A stretch of DNA of 64,000 nt from Lachnospiraceae bacterium (GCA_045112155.1 JBGUHN010000043.1:617-64616), one strand, 5' to 3'; counted from the stretch's first letter, positions 7,683 through 17,320 are shown. Program-made: numbers and translations. Notes: generated by a model from the sequence alone, not told the origin.

Positions 7683-10001
7683 ATGAAGAACAAGAAATAT
7701 TTAGCACTTATGATAGCAATGACTATGACAGCCGGACTCGCTGCATGTGGCACAACGACGACAACAACTGCGACGACAGCATCAGCTGCGGCTTCAGCAG
7801 GGACCGACGTTGAATCGTCAGCAACTGAAGTAAAGGCTGATAATGAGACGAAAGTGACCGCCAGAGTCGACAGCGTCTCTGGAAATACAATAAATGTTAC
7901 GCTTGGCGAGCTCGGCGGCAAACATGGCGGTCCGGGAGAAGATGGACAGGCAAGATCAGATATGAAGGGTGGAAAGAATAAGTCATCAGATTCAACTGAT
8001 TCACAGAGTAATGAGAGCCAGACAGATGACAATCAGACATCGACAGACAACAGCCAGACCCCGCCGGAGCTACCGGAAGGTCAGGCCCCAACAGGTGACA
8101 GTCAGGCCTCGACGGATAACGGTCAGACCCCACCGGAGCTGCCGGATGGCCAGACACCGACCACCGACGGTCAGACCCCGCCGGACCTTCCGGATGGCCA
8201 GACCCCGACAGACAACGGTCAGGCACCAACAGGTGACAGTCAGGCCCCGACAGACAACAGCCAGACGCCACCTGAGCTGCCGGAAGGCGAGGCACCGACC
8301 GCCGACGGTCAGACCCCGCCGGACCTTCCGAATGGTCAAGGCCGCGGCGAGATGAATATTGCCGATCTGTTCACGGCATCCGACGAGACCGCGACATATA
8401 CAATTGATGAATCTGTCCTGGATGGAATTACTCTCGAGGAAATCACAGAGGGAATGATCCTCACAATCACACTGAACGAAGATGGAAGTGTTGCAAATGT
8501 GGCAGAAGCCTCATTTAAAGACGGCCACGGCGGACCGGATGGCATGGGGGGACCTAATGGAATGGGTAAGCCGGGTGACATGGGTCAGCAGGGAAGCAAC
8601 GGTCAGCCGGGCAGCAATGGTCAGCAGGGCGGCATGGGTCAGCCGGGTGGCATGGGAGGCCCGGGCGGCATGGGAGGACCGGGCAGCGACGCCGCTTCCA
8701 TTGATTATTCCGCTGTGACAACATATTCCGAGAATACTCAGACAAGCGGCGAGACATATACATCAACAGGAACTGATGAAAATGCAGTCCTTGTCGACAG
8801 CGGCGCTGAAGTAAAAATTGACAAAGCGACCGTAACGAGAACGTCGAACGACAGCACCGGCGGGGATAACGCCAGCTTCTATGGAGTAGGCGCAGCCCTT
8901 CTTGCCAAGGACGGCACTCTGTATGTCGAAGACTCCAATATCACAACTGATGCAGCCGGAGGCGCAGGTGTATTCGCCTACGGTGACGGCACAGCTTATG
9001 TGGAAGACACAACAATCAACACAAACCAGAACGCATCGGGCGGCATCCATGTAGCCGGCGGCGGAACTCTCTACGCATGGGACCTCGATGTCACGACCAA
9101 CGGTGGTTCCGCGGCGGCGATCCGTTCCGACAGAGGCGGTGGAACTATGGTCGTAGAGGGTGGCAGCTATACATCAAACGGATCCGGTTCACCGGCAGTC
9201 TACACGACAGCTGACATTACGATTGAAGATGCTGATCTCACAGCGACGGGCTCGGAGGCTGTCTGCATTGAAGGTCTCAACACACTGCGCCTTTTTGACT
9301 GTGACCTGACGGGCAATATGCCGGATGACAATCAGAACGATGTTACCTGGGATGTCATTGTGTACCAGAGCATGTCCGGCGACTCCGAGATCGGCACAGG
9401 CAACTTCAGCATGGTCGGGGGCACGCTGACGAGCAAGAACGGCGGCCTATTCTACACGACCAATACATCCAGTGAGATTCTGCTCTCCGATGTCGACATC
9501 AACTACTCAGAAGACAACGATTTCTTCCTGCAGGTGACCGGTAACACCAATAAGCGCGGCTGGGGCAGTGCAGGTGCAAATGGTGCTCAGTGCATTTTCA
9601 CCGGCGACTCTCAGGATGTTTCCGGCAAGATCGTATACGACAGCATCAGCACTCTCGATTTCTACCTTACAAATGGCAGCACCTTGACCGGATACTTCGT
9701 CGATGACGAAACCTGGGCCGGCAACGGCGGTGACGGTTACTGCAATGTGTATGTAAGCGGCGATTCAGTCTGGACAGTTACGGAGGATTGCACGATTGAC
9801 GCGCTCTATGCCGCCGGCAAGATTGTCGATGCGGACGGAAATAACGTGACAGTTAAGGGTGAGGACGGCACTGTCTATGTACAGGGAAACAGCGGAATCA
9901 CCGTGACAGTATCTTCTTACTCTACAGAGGATAAGAGCGCCGATGCTCTGCAGACACCTTCTTACAGTAACTTTGAAGTAGCGGAGCCGGACGAAGACTG
10001 A
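7683..10001 (+). CDS. Secreted lipoprotein with Pro-rich and Gly-rich low-complexity linkers and a beta-helix-like C-terminal domain
   Basis: Lipobox 'MTAGLAAC'. Tandem 'QTPPELP(E/D)GQ' repeats (about 8000-8340). 'GMGGPGG' tract. C-terminal repeated 'G..T(L/M)(Y/V)(V/A)ED..I/L' strands typical of parallel beta-helix proteins. Confidence 0.6.
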   Translation: MKNKKYLALMIAMTMTAGLAACGTTTTTTATTASAAASAGTDVESSATEVKADNETKVTARVDSVSGNTINVTLGELGGKHGGPGEDGQARSDMKGGKNKSSDSTDSQSNESQTDDNQTSTDNSQTPPELPEGQAPTGDSQASTDNGQTPPELPDGQTPTTDGQTPPDLPDGQTPTDNGQAPTGDSQAPTDNSQTPPELPEGEAPTADGQTPPDLPNGQGRGEMNIADLFTASDETATYTIDESVLDGITLEEITEGMILTITLNEDGSVANVAEASFKDGHGGPDGMGGPNGMGKPGDMGQQGSNGQPGSNGQQGGMGQPGGMGGPGGMGGPGSDAASIDYSAVTTYSENTQTSGETYTSTGTDENAVLVDSGAEVKIDKATVTRTSNDSTGGDNASFYGVGAALLAKDGTLYVEDSNITTDAAGGAGVFAYGDGTAYVEDTTINTNQNASGGIHVAGGGTLYAWDLDVTTNGGSAAAIRSDRGGGTMVVEGGSYTSNGSGSPAVYTTADITIEDADLTATGSEAVCIEGLNTLRLFDCDLTGNMPDDNQNDVTWDVIVYQSMSGDSEIGTGNFSMVGGTLTSKNGGLFYTTNTSSEILLSDVDINYSEDNDFFLQVTGNTNKRGWGSAGANGAQCIFTGDSQDVSGKIVYDSISTLDFYLTNGSTLTGYFVDDETWAGNGGDGYCNVYVSGDSVWTVTEDCTIDALYAAGKIVDADGNNVTVKGEDGTVYVQGNSGITVTVSSYSTEDKSADALQTPSYSNFEVAEPDED

Positions 10002-10034
10002 GATAGAGGTCAGTTGCCCAATGCTTCATATGAG

Positions 10035-10064
10035 GCTGTCGCCACGTGCGACGGCCTTTTTTTC
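10035..10064 (+). terminator. Rho-independent terminator
   Basis: GGCTGTCGC / GCGACGGCC stem (one G-U pair), 5-nt loop, then TTTTTTT. Confidence 0.7.
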
Positions 10065-10166
10065 ATTCATCCATTTTCCCATGCATTTTGTCAGTTGTTT
10101 ATCCTACCATGTTTAAAGATGTTATACTGGCTACAAGAAACGACATAAATGTAACGGAGGAAAAAT

Positions 10167-11375
10167 ATGAATTTCTCAGTTGATTCACAGATATTGACCA
10201 ATATCGATCCCGATTTGAGCACAATTGAAAATGAGATTAAGAATTCAGCCAATGCAGCGTATGATATTGGTAAACGGATGAGGATGAAGAGCCTTGCGTC
10301 TGAGATCCTCAGTCTGAAGTTAAGGAGTAATGCGCGGACGATTATGTCTCTTGCTGACAATGTTAAGAGTTATCGGACAGCCTTGAAAAATATTACCCAG
10401 GAATATGTCACATACGAAGCAGCGATTCGAGAAGAGTTTCTGCCGGCGTCGGGTGGTGTAAGGCGCGTGAGAAACCTGACGCAGGAGTCGGGAATTTTTG
10501 ACGACCACGGAAGCTATGGCGGAGATCAGGGGGACATGCTTAGCAACCAGGCAAAGAAGCAGATTTTATGGTGGACAATTGGCGGTAATCAGGCTCTTTA
10601 TGATGCAGTACGTACGTATCCTCAGTATGCAGATTATTCGGACGGTCAGATTAAAAAATTGTTCGAAAAAATAAACAGTGAGGGCTGCGGTTACGTGTCT
10701 ATGGCAAATGCGATATTTGTGCAGTACCATGGCGATGCTGATGCATTTGAAAGAGACTTTGGGTTCCCAATGTACGATGAAAACGGAGAATACAATTTTG
10801 ACCGGCTTCTTCTCGATATTTACGCTGAGACAGATGACAAATACTTTCTTGATGAAGAATATGGTTCGACATCATATGCCAATGACGTTCTCAAGACATA
10901 TATAGGACATGAAGATGAATTCAGAAGAGAATTCGGTGTGCCATTGTATCAGAATGGTGACAATACCAGATATAATCCGGCAGCTCAGCAGGCAGTACTT
11001 GACCGGGTCGGCGATAGAACGGTTGTAGAGCAGCAGACAAAAGGTATAAATTACTTGAACTTTGAGAATCGTCTGCAACACTATCTGAAAGAAAAAAATA
11101 TTCCTGTAAGTTCTAAAGTCGAACCCTTGCCTTCAACGAAAGATGTGAAATCATACCTCGAGTCGGGTAAAAGCATTAGTGTACTTGATGAACATTTCAA
11201 TCTTTACGATGATAAAGGGAATATTGCGCATAAGAATGTCGGAGGGCATTGGATGACAATAACCGGAGTCACAGACGATGGTAGATTAGTTGTCTCATCC
11301 TGGGGTGATAAGTATTATTTAAAACCGGACGAACTTAGTGGGGTTACAATCGAGGTGACGGATATTTATGTATAA
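10167..11375 (+). CDS. Candidate polymorphic-toxin-like protein: N-terminal helical domain plus C-terminal papain-fold Cys/His domain
   Basis: 402 aa with no signal peptide. Putative catalytic Cys in 'NSEGCGYVSMANAIF' and His in 'GGHWMTITGVTDDG'. AT-rich (~38% GC) relative to flanks. Confidence 0.45.
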   Translation: MNFSVDSQILTNIDPDLSTIENEIKNSANAAYDIGKRMRMKSLASEILSLKLRSNARTIMSLADNVKSYRTALKNITQEYVTYEAAIREEFLPASGGVRRVRNLTQESGIFDDHGSYGGDQGDMLSNQAKKQILWWTIGGNQALYDAVRTYPQYADYSDGQIKKLFEKINSEGCGYVSMANAIFVQYHGDADAFERDFGFPMYDENGEYNFDRLLLDIYAETDDKYFLDEEYGSTSYANDVLKTYIGHEDEFRREFGVPLYQNGDNTRYNPAAQQAVLDRVGDRTVVEQQTKGINYLNFENRLQHYLKEKNIPVSSKVEPLPSTKDVKSYLESGKSISVLDEHFNLYDDKGNIAHKNVGGHWMTITGVTDDGRLVVSSWGDKYYLKPDELSGVTIEVTDIYV

Positions 11376-11793
11376 TGGGTTGATTTATATGTTCAAACAT
11401 CCCGGTTCAAGGCGGATCATGCCAGCTATTGCGCTCGGGTTTATTTTAAGTATGGCTGTTGTCGGGTGTGGAAAATATGATGTAAATGCGAATTTGAACG
11501 TACCGGAATCTATTGAGTCTCCTGCAGAGGAATATGTTGAGGATAATGACGGAGGTAATGTTATGACAAGAGAGTTTGTTGAAGTTGCGCTGGTCGCGGA
11601 TGATCATATTATGCTGGAAAACACAAAAGGTATTTTTTATTGGGTCGATATTAAGTATAATGAGAATTATTCAGAAGGTGATCTTCTGTGTCTTGTTTTC
11701 CGCGATAAGGAAAAACTGCAGGAAGACTGCTACAGGGTGGAGCCGATAGAGCTGTATCCGAATGACAACAGAGTTAACATACCCAGTGTATAA
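11368..11793 (+). CDS. Small lipoprotein, candidate cognate immunity protein
   Basis: 141 aa. Overlaps the upstream stop by 8 nt. Signal/lipobox 'LSMAVVGCGK'. GAGGTG RBS upstream. Same AT-rich islet. Confidence 0.45.
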   Translation: MYNGLIYMFKHPGSRRIMPAIALGFILSMAVVGCGKYDVNANLNVPESIESPAEEYVEDNDGGNVMTREFVEVALVADDHIMLENTKGIFYWVDIKYNENYSEGDLLCLVFRDKEKLQEDCYRVEPIELYPNDNRVNIPSV

Positions 11794-11875
11794 AAATTTC
11801 AGGTAATTGCGAAACTCACTGCGAAGTCGAAAACCGGTTTTGCAATTGCCTGAAAAAGTCTTGAAAGGAATCTTG

Positions 11876-13441
11876 ATGAAAGTCTGTCTTCTCAACGAAT
11901 CATTCCCGCCTGTCCTTGACGGCGTTGCCAATGTACTTTTGAACTATGCGAAATATCTCCCGAGCGATTTCAATTCGCCGGTCATCGTCGGCACTCCGCG
12001 CTATCCGGATGCCGACTATTCTGCGTATCCGTACGAGGTGGTGGCGTATCCGAGCTTTAATACGGCTTCATTTGCAAATGGATACCGCACCGGCTACCCC
12101 CTCCAGGAAAAAGCGATATCTAAGCTGGCTGAATTCGAGCCGGATATCATTCACAGCCATGGCCCTGCGTCTTCAAATGTAATCGCCAGACTTCTCCGCG
12201 AGCGCACGAGCGCGCCGATCGTGTTCACGTACCACACCAAATACGACATTGACCTGCGCAGGATTTTCAAGATTCGTCAGGTCGCGGATGAGACGATCAA
12301 GGCCATGGTCGGCAATATCGAGGCCTGTGACGATGTCTGGACCGTCAGCCGTGGAGCCGGAGAGAGCCTGAAAGCCCTGGGTTTCAAGGGTGACTACCAT
12401 GTCATGAACAACGGCGTCGATTTTGAGCGTGGGCGCGTTGATGCGGAGAATGTCCGGAAAGTGACAGAGGGCTATGACCTCCCGGACGGTGTTCCCGTGT
12501 TCCTTTTTGTCGGACGTATCATCACTTATAAGGGAATTCCCATGATTCTCGATGCGCTCAAAATTTTGTCCGATGCCGGGCACGACTTCCGCATGGTGTT
12601 TATAGGAAAGGGACCGGACATGGAGCTCATGCAGAAAAAGGCAGAGGAACTGGGAATCGGTGGGGACAGACCGGGAATGGGCAAATGCATTTTCACCGGC
12701 CCCATCTATGACCGCGACGCGCTCAGGGCATGGAATACGAGAGCGGACCTGTTCCTGTTCCCGTCGACATTTGATACAAATGGACTCGTCGTCCGCGAGG
12801 CAGCCGCCTGCGGTCTGGCCAGCGTGCTGGTCAAGGATTCCTGTGCCGCCGAGGGAGTGACGGATAACAGGAACGGCTTCCTGATTGAAGAGACGGCAGA
12901 GTCGATGGGAGATCTTCTCATTAGATTATCCGGTGAGATGGATCATGTGCATGATGTCGGAACGCATGCCATGGATGAAATATATATGTCATGGCGCGAT
13001 GCGGTGGCTGAGGCTTACGAGCGTTACGCCTGGCTCCTCGAGGAGAAGGCCTGCGGACGCCTTCGCGAGCCCGAGACTAAGGCTACGGACTATCTGGTGA
13101 AACTGGCTGCCCGCAGCATGGATGAGGCTGCCCGCGCCCGCAGAGTCCGAACAGAGTTCTTCAATGACTTCAAGGATACAGCCATCGGAATGATGGATAA
13201 TATCCAGGAGGCCGGGGAGGGGCTCAGCGATATGCTTGAACGAGTGAGCACCGGAACCGGCGAAAAGGTGCAGCAGGTCGTCAGCGGGACCGGCGAGAAA
13301 GTCCAGCAGGTAGTGACCGGGACCGGTGAGAAAGTGCAGCAGGCTGTGACTGAAGCTGAGCAGAAGGTGAAATCTAATCTGACCTTCATGTCTCAGGAGG
13401 TTCTGCAGAGCTACGAGAATATGGCGCACGACAGTGAGTAA
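11876..13441 (+). CDS. GT4-family glycosyltransferase with C-terminal 11-residue-repeat extension
   Basis: Start 'MKVCLLNESFPPVLDGVANV' after an AAAGGA RBS. GT4 core ('FVGRI..KG', 'FPSTFDTNGLVVREAAACG'). Three 33-bp repeats encode '(S/T)GTGEKVQQVV' at 13246-13345. Confidence 0.8.
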   Translation: MKVCLLNESFPPVLDGVANVLLNYAKYLPSDFNSPVIVGTPRYPDADYSAYPYEVVAYPSFNTASFANGYRTGYPLQEKAISKLAEFEPDIIHSHGPASSNVIARLLRERTSAPIVFTYHTKYDIDLRRIFKIRQVADETIKAMVGNIEACDDVWTVSRGAGESLKALGFKGDYHVMNNGVDFERGRVDAENVRKVTEGYDLPDGVPVFLFVGRIITYKGIPMILDALKILSDAGHDFRMVFIGKGPDMELMQKKAEELGIGGDRPGMGKCIFTGPIYDRDALRAWNTRADLFLFPSTFDTNGLVVREAAACGLASVLVKDSCAAEGVTDNRNGFLIEETAESMGDLLIRLSGEMDHVHDVGTHAMDEIYMSWRDAVAEAYERYAWLLEEKACGRLREPETKATDYLVKLAARSMDEAARARRVRTEFFNDFKDTAIGMMDNIQEAGEGLSDMLERVSTGTGEKVQQVVSGTGEKVQQVVTGTGEKVQQAVTEAEQKVKSNLTFMSQEVLQSYENMAHDSE

Positions 13442-13642
13442 TATGCGCTTAAAATAGGGAGTGCCTCTGCGATTCTATGTGACCAAGGTGGTGTGCTGTC
13501 CTGCCTGTGACATCCGCAGTAGAGCAGGGCAAGAAGGGAATCAACCTTGGATTATGTCGGCTGTTATTGGCTTGCTCTCTGCATTTTTGCCAAATGATCG
13601 ATAGCTGAATAGCATTATGCTGCATATTTGGAGGGACAAAAA

Positions 13643-15388
13643 ATGGACCGGGATTTCAGGCGAATGTCATTATATCAGATATGGATACGCAGCTTCTGTG
13701 ACGGCAACGGCGATGGAATCGGCGACCTGTACGGTGTGTACGACAAGCTGGATTATATAGCCTCGCTTGGTGTGGACGGAATCTGGTTCTCCCCGATTTA
13801 CCCGTCGCCGAACGCAGACTACGGCTATGACATCTCGGACTACCGGGACATTCATCCGGATTACGGCACGCTCGACCAGTTCAAAAAAGTCCTGAACCGG
13901 GCTCACGAGCTTGGCCTTGCTGTCCTCATGGACCTGGTCATCAACCATACATCAGACGAGCACATGTGGTTCCGCGAGAGCTGCAAGGGCAAGGATAACC
14001 CGTACAGCGACTACTACATCTGGCGCGACCCGCGATTCAAGGGTGAGAACAAGCTGCCTCCGAACAACTGGTACAGCCAGTTCGAAGGACTGGCATGGGA
14101 GTACAGTGAGGAGAGAGGCCAGTATTATCTGCATGTATTTGCAAAAAAACAGCCGGACCTAAACATGGACAACCCGAAAGTGCGCGAGGAAGTCAAGGAA
14201 ATCATGCGTTTCTGGCTGGACATGGGTGTAGACGGCTTCCGCGAGGACGTGATTACCTACATTTCCAAGGAGGAAGGCCTGCCGGACGGAATACCGTTTC
14301 TGCCGGCTATCAACGGGCTGCCGTTTTACAAGGACGGGCCCAATCTTATGCAGTACCTTCATGAGTTCCGCGATGTCGCGAGGGAGTACAATGCGCTGCA
14401 AATAGGTGAAGCCCCCATGACGCCCGTCTCCACCGCTCTCGCTTACATTTCAGGCGAGGATCGGGTCCTCGATATGATGATCCAGTTCGACACAATGATG
14501 GCGGATTGCATCCTGACCGAATATGTCTGGCACAAATTCAGCCTTCGGAAGTTGAAGAGGGCCTATACCAAGTGGCAGACAAAGCTTGCGGGGAAGGCAT
14601 GGAACGCCCTGTACCTTGAGAACCATGATCATCCGCGCATTATCAGCCGCTACGGCGATGAGAAAAACTTCTGGAGGGAATCCGGCACCTGCCTTGCAGC
14701 CAGCTATATTTTCCAGCAGGGCTGCCCGTTCATCTATCAGGGGCAGGAGATCGGCATGACAAATATCCGCATGAAGTCGATCGACGACTACCTTGACGTC
14801 TCATCGAAGAATGCGTATAAGACCTTCCGGAAGCATTCCTCCGAGAAAAGACGCATGTCCTTCATTCATGTATCGAGCCGCGATTCCGCAAGGACGCCGA
14901 TGCAGTGGGACGGAACAAAGTATGCCGGTTTTTCAACCGTCAAGCCGTGGTTCAGGGTCAACCCCAACTATCACAGAATTAATGTGGCTGAGCAGGACCG
15001 TGATCCGGACAGCATCCTGAACTTTTATCGCAGGTGCCTTGAGCTTCGTAAGAATTCAGAGACGCTGATATACGGCGATTATAAAGAGTATTATTCGATG
15101 CACCCGAAGCTCTATATGTATGAGAGGACATATGAGGGGGAGAGGGTGCTGGTCGTGTGTTCATTTGCAAAAAAGAACTTAAAGTTCTCGTTCCCCGGAG
15201 CCTGGAAGAAGGCGGAGAGGGAGCTGCTTCTCAGTAACTATGCGGAAGCTGAGAGTGTAAGTTCTATGGATAGCGCCCCTGGCACGGAGTCAGAGAGTGA
15301 GAGTTCACAGAACAACATGCTTGACACGAGGGCAGAGCGTGTGCTGAGACCGTATGAGGCGAGAGTGTATGTTCTGAGGACTGAGTGA
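13643..15388 (+). CDS. GH13 alpha-glucosidase / oligo-1,6-glucosidase-like
   Basis: 'GDGIGDL', 'DGIWFSPIY', 'DLVINHTSDEH', 'GFREDV' and 'LENHDHPR' GH13 signature regions. GGAGGG RBS 6 nt before the ATG. Confidence 0.9.
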   Translation: MDRDFRRMSLYQIWIRSFCDGNGDGIGDLYGVYDKLDYIASLGVDGIWFSPIYPSPNADYGYDISDYRDIHPDYGTLDQFKKVLNRAHELGLAVLMDLVINHTSDEHMWFRESCKGKDNPYSDYYIWRDPRFKGENKLPPNNWYSQFEGLAWEYSEERGQYYLHVFAKKQPDLNMDNPKVREEVKEIMRFWLDMGVDGFREDVITYISKEEGLPDGIPFLPAINGLPFYKDGPNLMQYLHEFRDVAREYNALQIGEAPMTPVSTALAYISGEDRVLDMMIQFDTMMADCILTEYVWHKFSLRKLKRAYTKWQTKLAGKAWNALYLENHDHPRIISRYGDEKNFWRESGTCLAASYIFQQGCPFIYQGQEIGMTNIRMKSIDDYLDVSSKNAYKTFRKHSSEKRRMSFIHVSSRDSARTPMQWDGTKYAGFSTVKPWFRVNPNYHRINVAEQDRDPDSILNFYRRCLELRKNSETLIYGDYKEYYSMHPKLYMYERTYEGERVLVVCSFAKKNLKFSFPGAWKKAERELLLSNYAEAESVSSMDSAPGTESESESSQNNMLDTRAERVLRPYEARVYVLRTE

Positions 15389-15391
15389 ATC

Positions 15392-16354
15392 TTACCGGCT
15401 TGCGGAGCGGACCCGCGCAAGAGCGCTACTCACTCTTGAGAAGTCGATGGAGCACTTGCTTTCTGAAATATGGATCGGGATGACCGAGTTAAAATCATAT
15501 TTTTCCGGGTAAAAATCATCGCTGCGCAGGTCATAAACCAGAACGGTGTCATGGTCCGGATCGACGATCCAGTATTCTTTTACGCCGGCGTTCTGATACT
15601 TGTGAAGTTTGAGCAGCATGTCTTTTGCTCGTGTGGCGGGAGAGAGGATCTCCAGTGTGAGGTCCGGAGCTCCGTCGAGAGCATTTGCACCCAAATCATA
15701 TGGATGACAGATTATGAAGATATCAGGTTGGACCATCGTCTTATTATCGCAGTCCAGCCTGACATCGCATGGAGCGACAAAGACTTCGCATTCGCCTTCG
15801 TGGGCATCGGCGCACTCACGGAACAGGAGAAACAACTCCCCAAGAATCTTCTGATGGATGACAGCCGGGGCGGCCATATCATAGAAGACACCGTCAATCA
15901 GTTCGACGCGGCGCTCATCTGGCAGGGCATAGTAGTCATCGAGAGTGTATTCGCCGTTTTTCTTTTCTGTCTGGGTCTGCGGTGCGTGTGCACCGCTTTT
16001 GTTTATAGTCGATGGCTTGTCGTTTTCAACTGCATATGGCTTGTCGCTTTCAAAATTATGCAGCGCGTTGTAGTTCGGCATAGCTTCTTTGACAGCATAC
16101 GCAGGCCTTTCTTTGGGCGGCTCATATCTGGTTCCACTTTTCTCTGATACGGATCTGGCAACTGACCTTTCCTTTTTCTGCTCCTCTGTGAGCAGTACAG
16201 TCTCGATCGCTTCGAGCGTGACTCTTCTTGGCGCCTTCGTTGCTCCGCTCATGATCTTCTGGATAGTGCTGAGGGGGATTCCGGAGGACTGCGATATCAT
16301 TTCATTTGTAAGACCGAGCTCGGTCTTTTTATTTTTCATTTCTTCGAGCGTCAT
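15392..16354 (-). CDS. XRE-type HTH domain fused to Uma2 (DUF820) restriction-endonuclease-like domain
   Basis: N-terminal 'LTNEMISQSSGIPLSTIQKIMSG' HTH. C-terminal 'ELIDGVFYDMAAP..H..I', 'VQPDIFII', 'APDLTLEILSP', 'YQNAGVKEYWIVDP', typical of the Uma2 family. Confidence 0.75.
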   Translation of the reverse strand: MTLEEMKNKKTELGLTNEMISQSSGIPLSTIQKIMSGATKAPRRVTLEAIETVLLTEEQKKERSVARSVSEKSGTRYEPPKERPAYAVKEAMPNYNALHNFESDKPYAVENDKPSTINKSGAHAPQTQTEKKNGEYTLDDYYALPDERRVELIDGVFYDMAAPAVIHQKILGELFLLFRECADAHEGECEVFVAPCDVRLDCDNKTMVQPDIFIICHPYDLGANALDGAPDLTLEILSPATRAKDMLLKLHKYQNAGVKEYWIVDPDHDTVLVYDLRSDDFYPEKYDFNSVIPIHISESKCSIDFSRVSSALARVRSASR

Positions 16355-16570
16355 AGAATTTCCCTTCGATTTAAAAAGTTACTCAGTAGATTCACGAGAT
16401 TTTTTGATGTTTTATACTACTAATTATGCCATGGAATCGCAAAATGTCAATAAGGAATATTATTAAAATAGCAATAAAAGTGTATAAATAATACAATATA
16501 ATTGCAAAATGGATATTATGGATGCCGGATCATTTAATCAAGCGAGTTCGCAGTTCATTTAAGCTTGGTC

Positions 16571-17295
16571 GGCAGTCGATCTTGTGAAATAATGCACATG
16601 TGCAGTGCCATATAAGGGTCAAATCAAGGTGCAAAGGCAGTCTCAATGATTCATTTTTACTTAAATCAGCTTATTATTCAAAAAAATGTACAGCTTAGAA
16701 GCAGTCACTTTTATTGAGTTTGATATTCGATGACGGTATGACTGTCTTATATCAGATTTTCGCTCTCAGTAGAATAGAGGTGGTTTCAGCGAACGCAACT
16801 GCCCTCCATGACATCCGGGCAGTAGGGAACGCCAAATAGAAGTAAGATGACTGCCCGCCCTTATTCTTGCATTCAGTAGAATAAAGAAGATTTCAATGAT
16901 AGCGACTGCCCTCCATGACATCCGGGCAGTCTTAAGCCCCGAACTGAACTAAGATGACTGCCGGCCCTCATTCTTGCTTTCAGTAGAATAAAGTTGATTT
17001 CAATGATAGCGACTGCCCTCCATGCCACCCGGGCAGTTACGAACGCCGCATTGAACTAAGATGACTGCCCGCCCTCATTCATGCATTCAGTAGAAAAAAG
17101 TTGATTTCAGCGAACGCGACTGCCCTCCATGACACTCGGGCAGTTACGAACGCCGCATTGAACTAAGATGACTGCCCGCCCTCATTCATGCTTTCGGTAG
17201 AAAAAAGTTGATTTCAATGATAGCGACTGCCCGCCTAACGCTCGGGCAGTCACTGAACGCCGCATAAGCTCAAGATGACCGTCGCCACTCAACAA
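16571..17295 (-). repeat. Composite repeat element copy 2 (inverted): tail 16571-16750, about five 108-bp units 16751-17295
   Basis: GACTGCCCTCCATGACATCCGGGCAGT...ATGACTGCCCGCC units with a 108-bp phase (e.g. 16903, 17011, 17119, 17227). Tail holds GCACATGTGCAGTGCCATATAAGGGTC and GCTTAGAAGCAGTCAC. Confidence 0.9.
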
Positions 17296-17320
17296 AATGA
17301 GGGCTGACAAATGAGGGGTG

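Noticed and set aside
7897-8766. Overlapping ORFs on both strands across the Pro-rich and Gly-rich repeats
   Set aside because: These are repeat-induced open frames inside the lipoprotein gene. Only the 7683 frame has a signal peptide/lipobox and a folded C-terminal domain.
10167-10480. Assigning the N-terminus of the 10167 protein to LXG/WXG100 (T7SS) targeting domains
   Set aside because: It is helical and of suitable length, but I see no WxG or LxG signature, and the window has no T7SS genes. Left as an unspecified helical domain.
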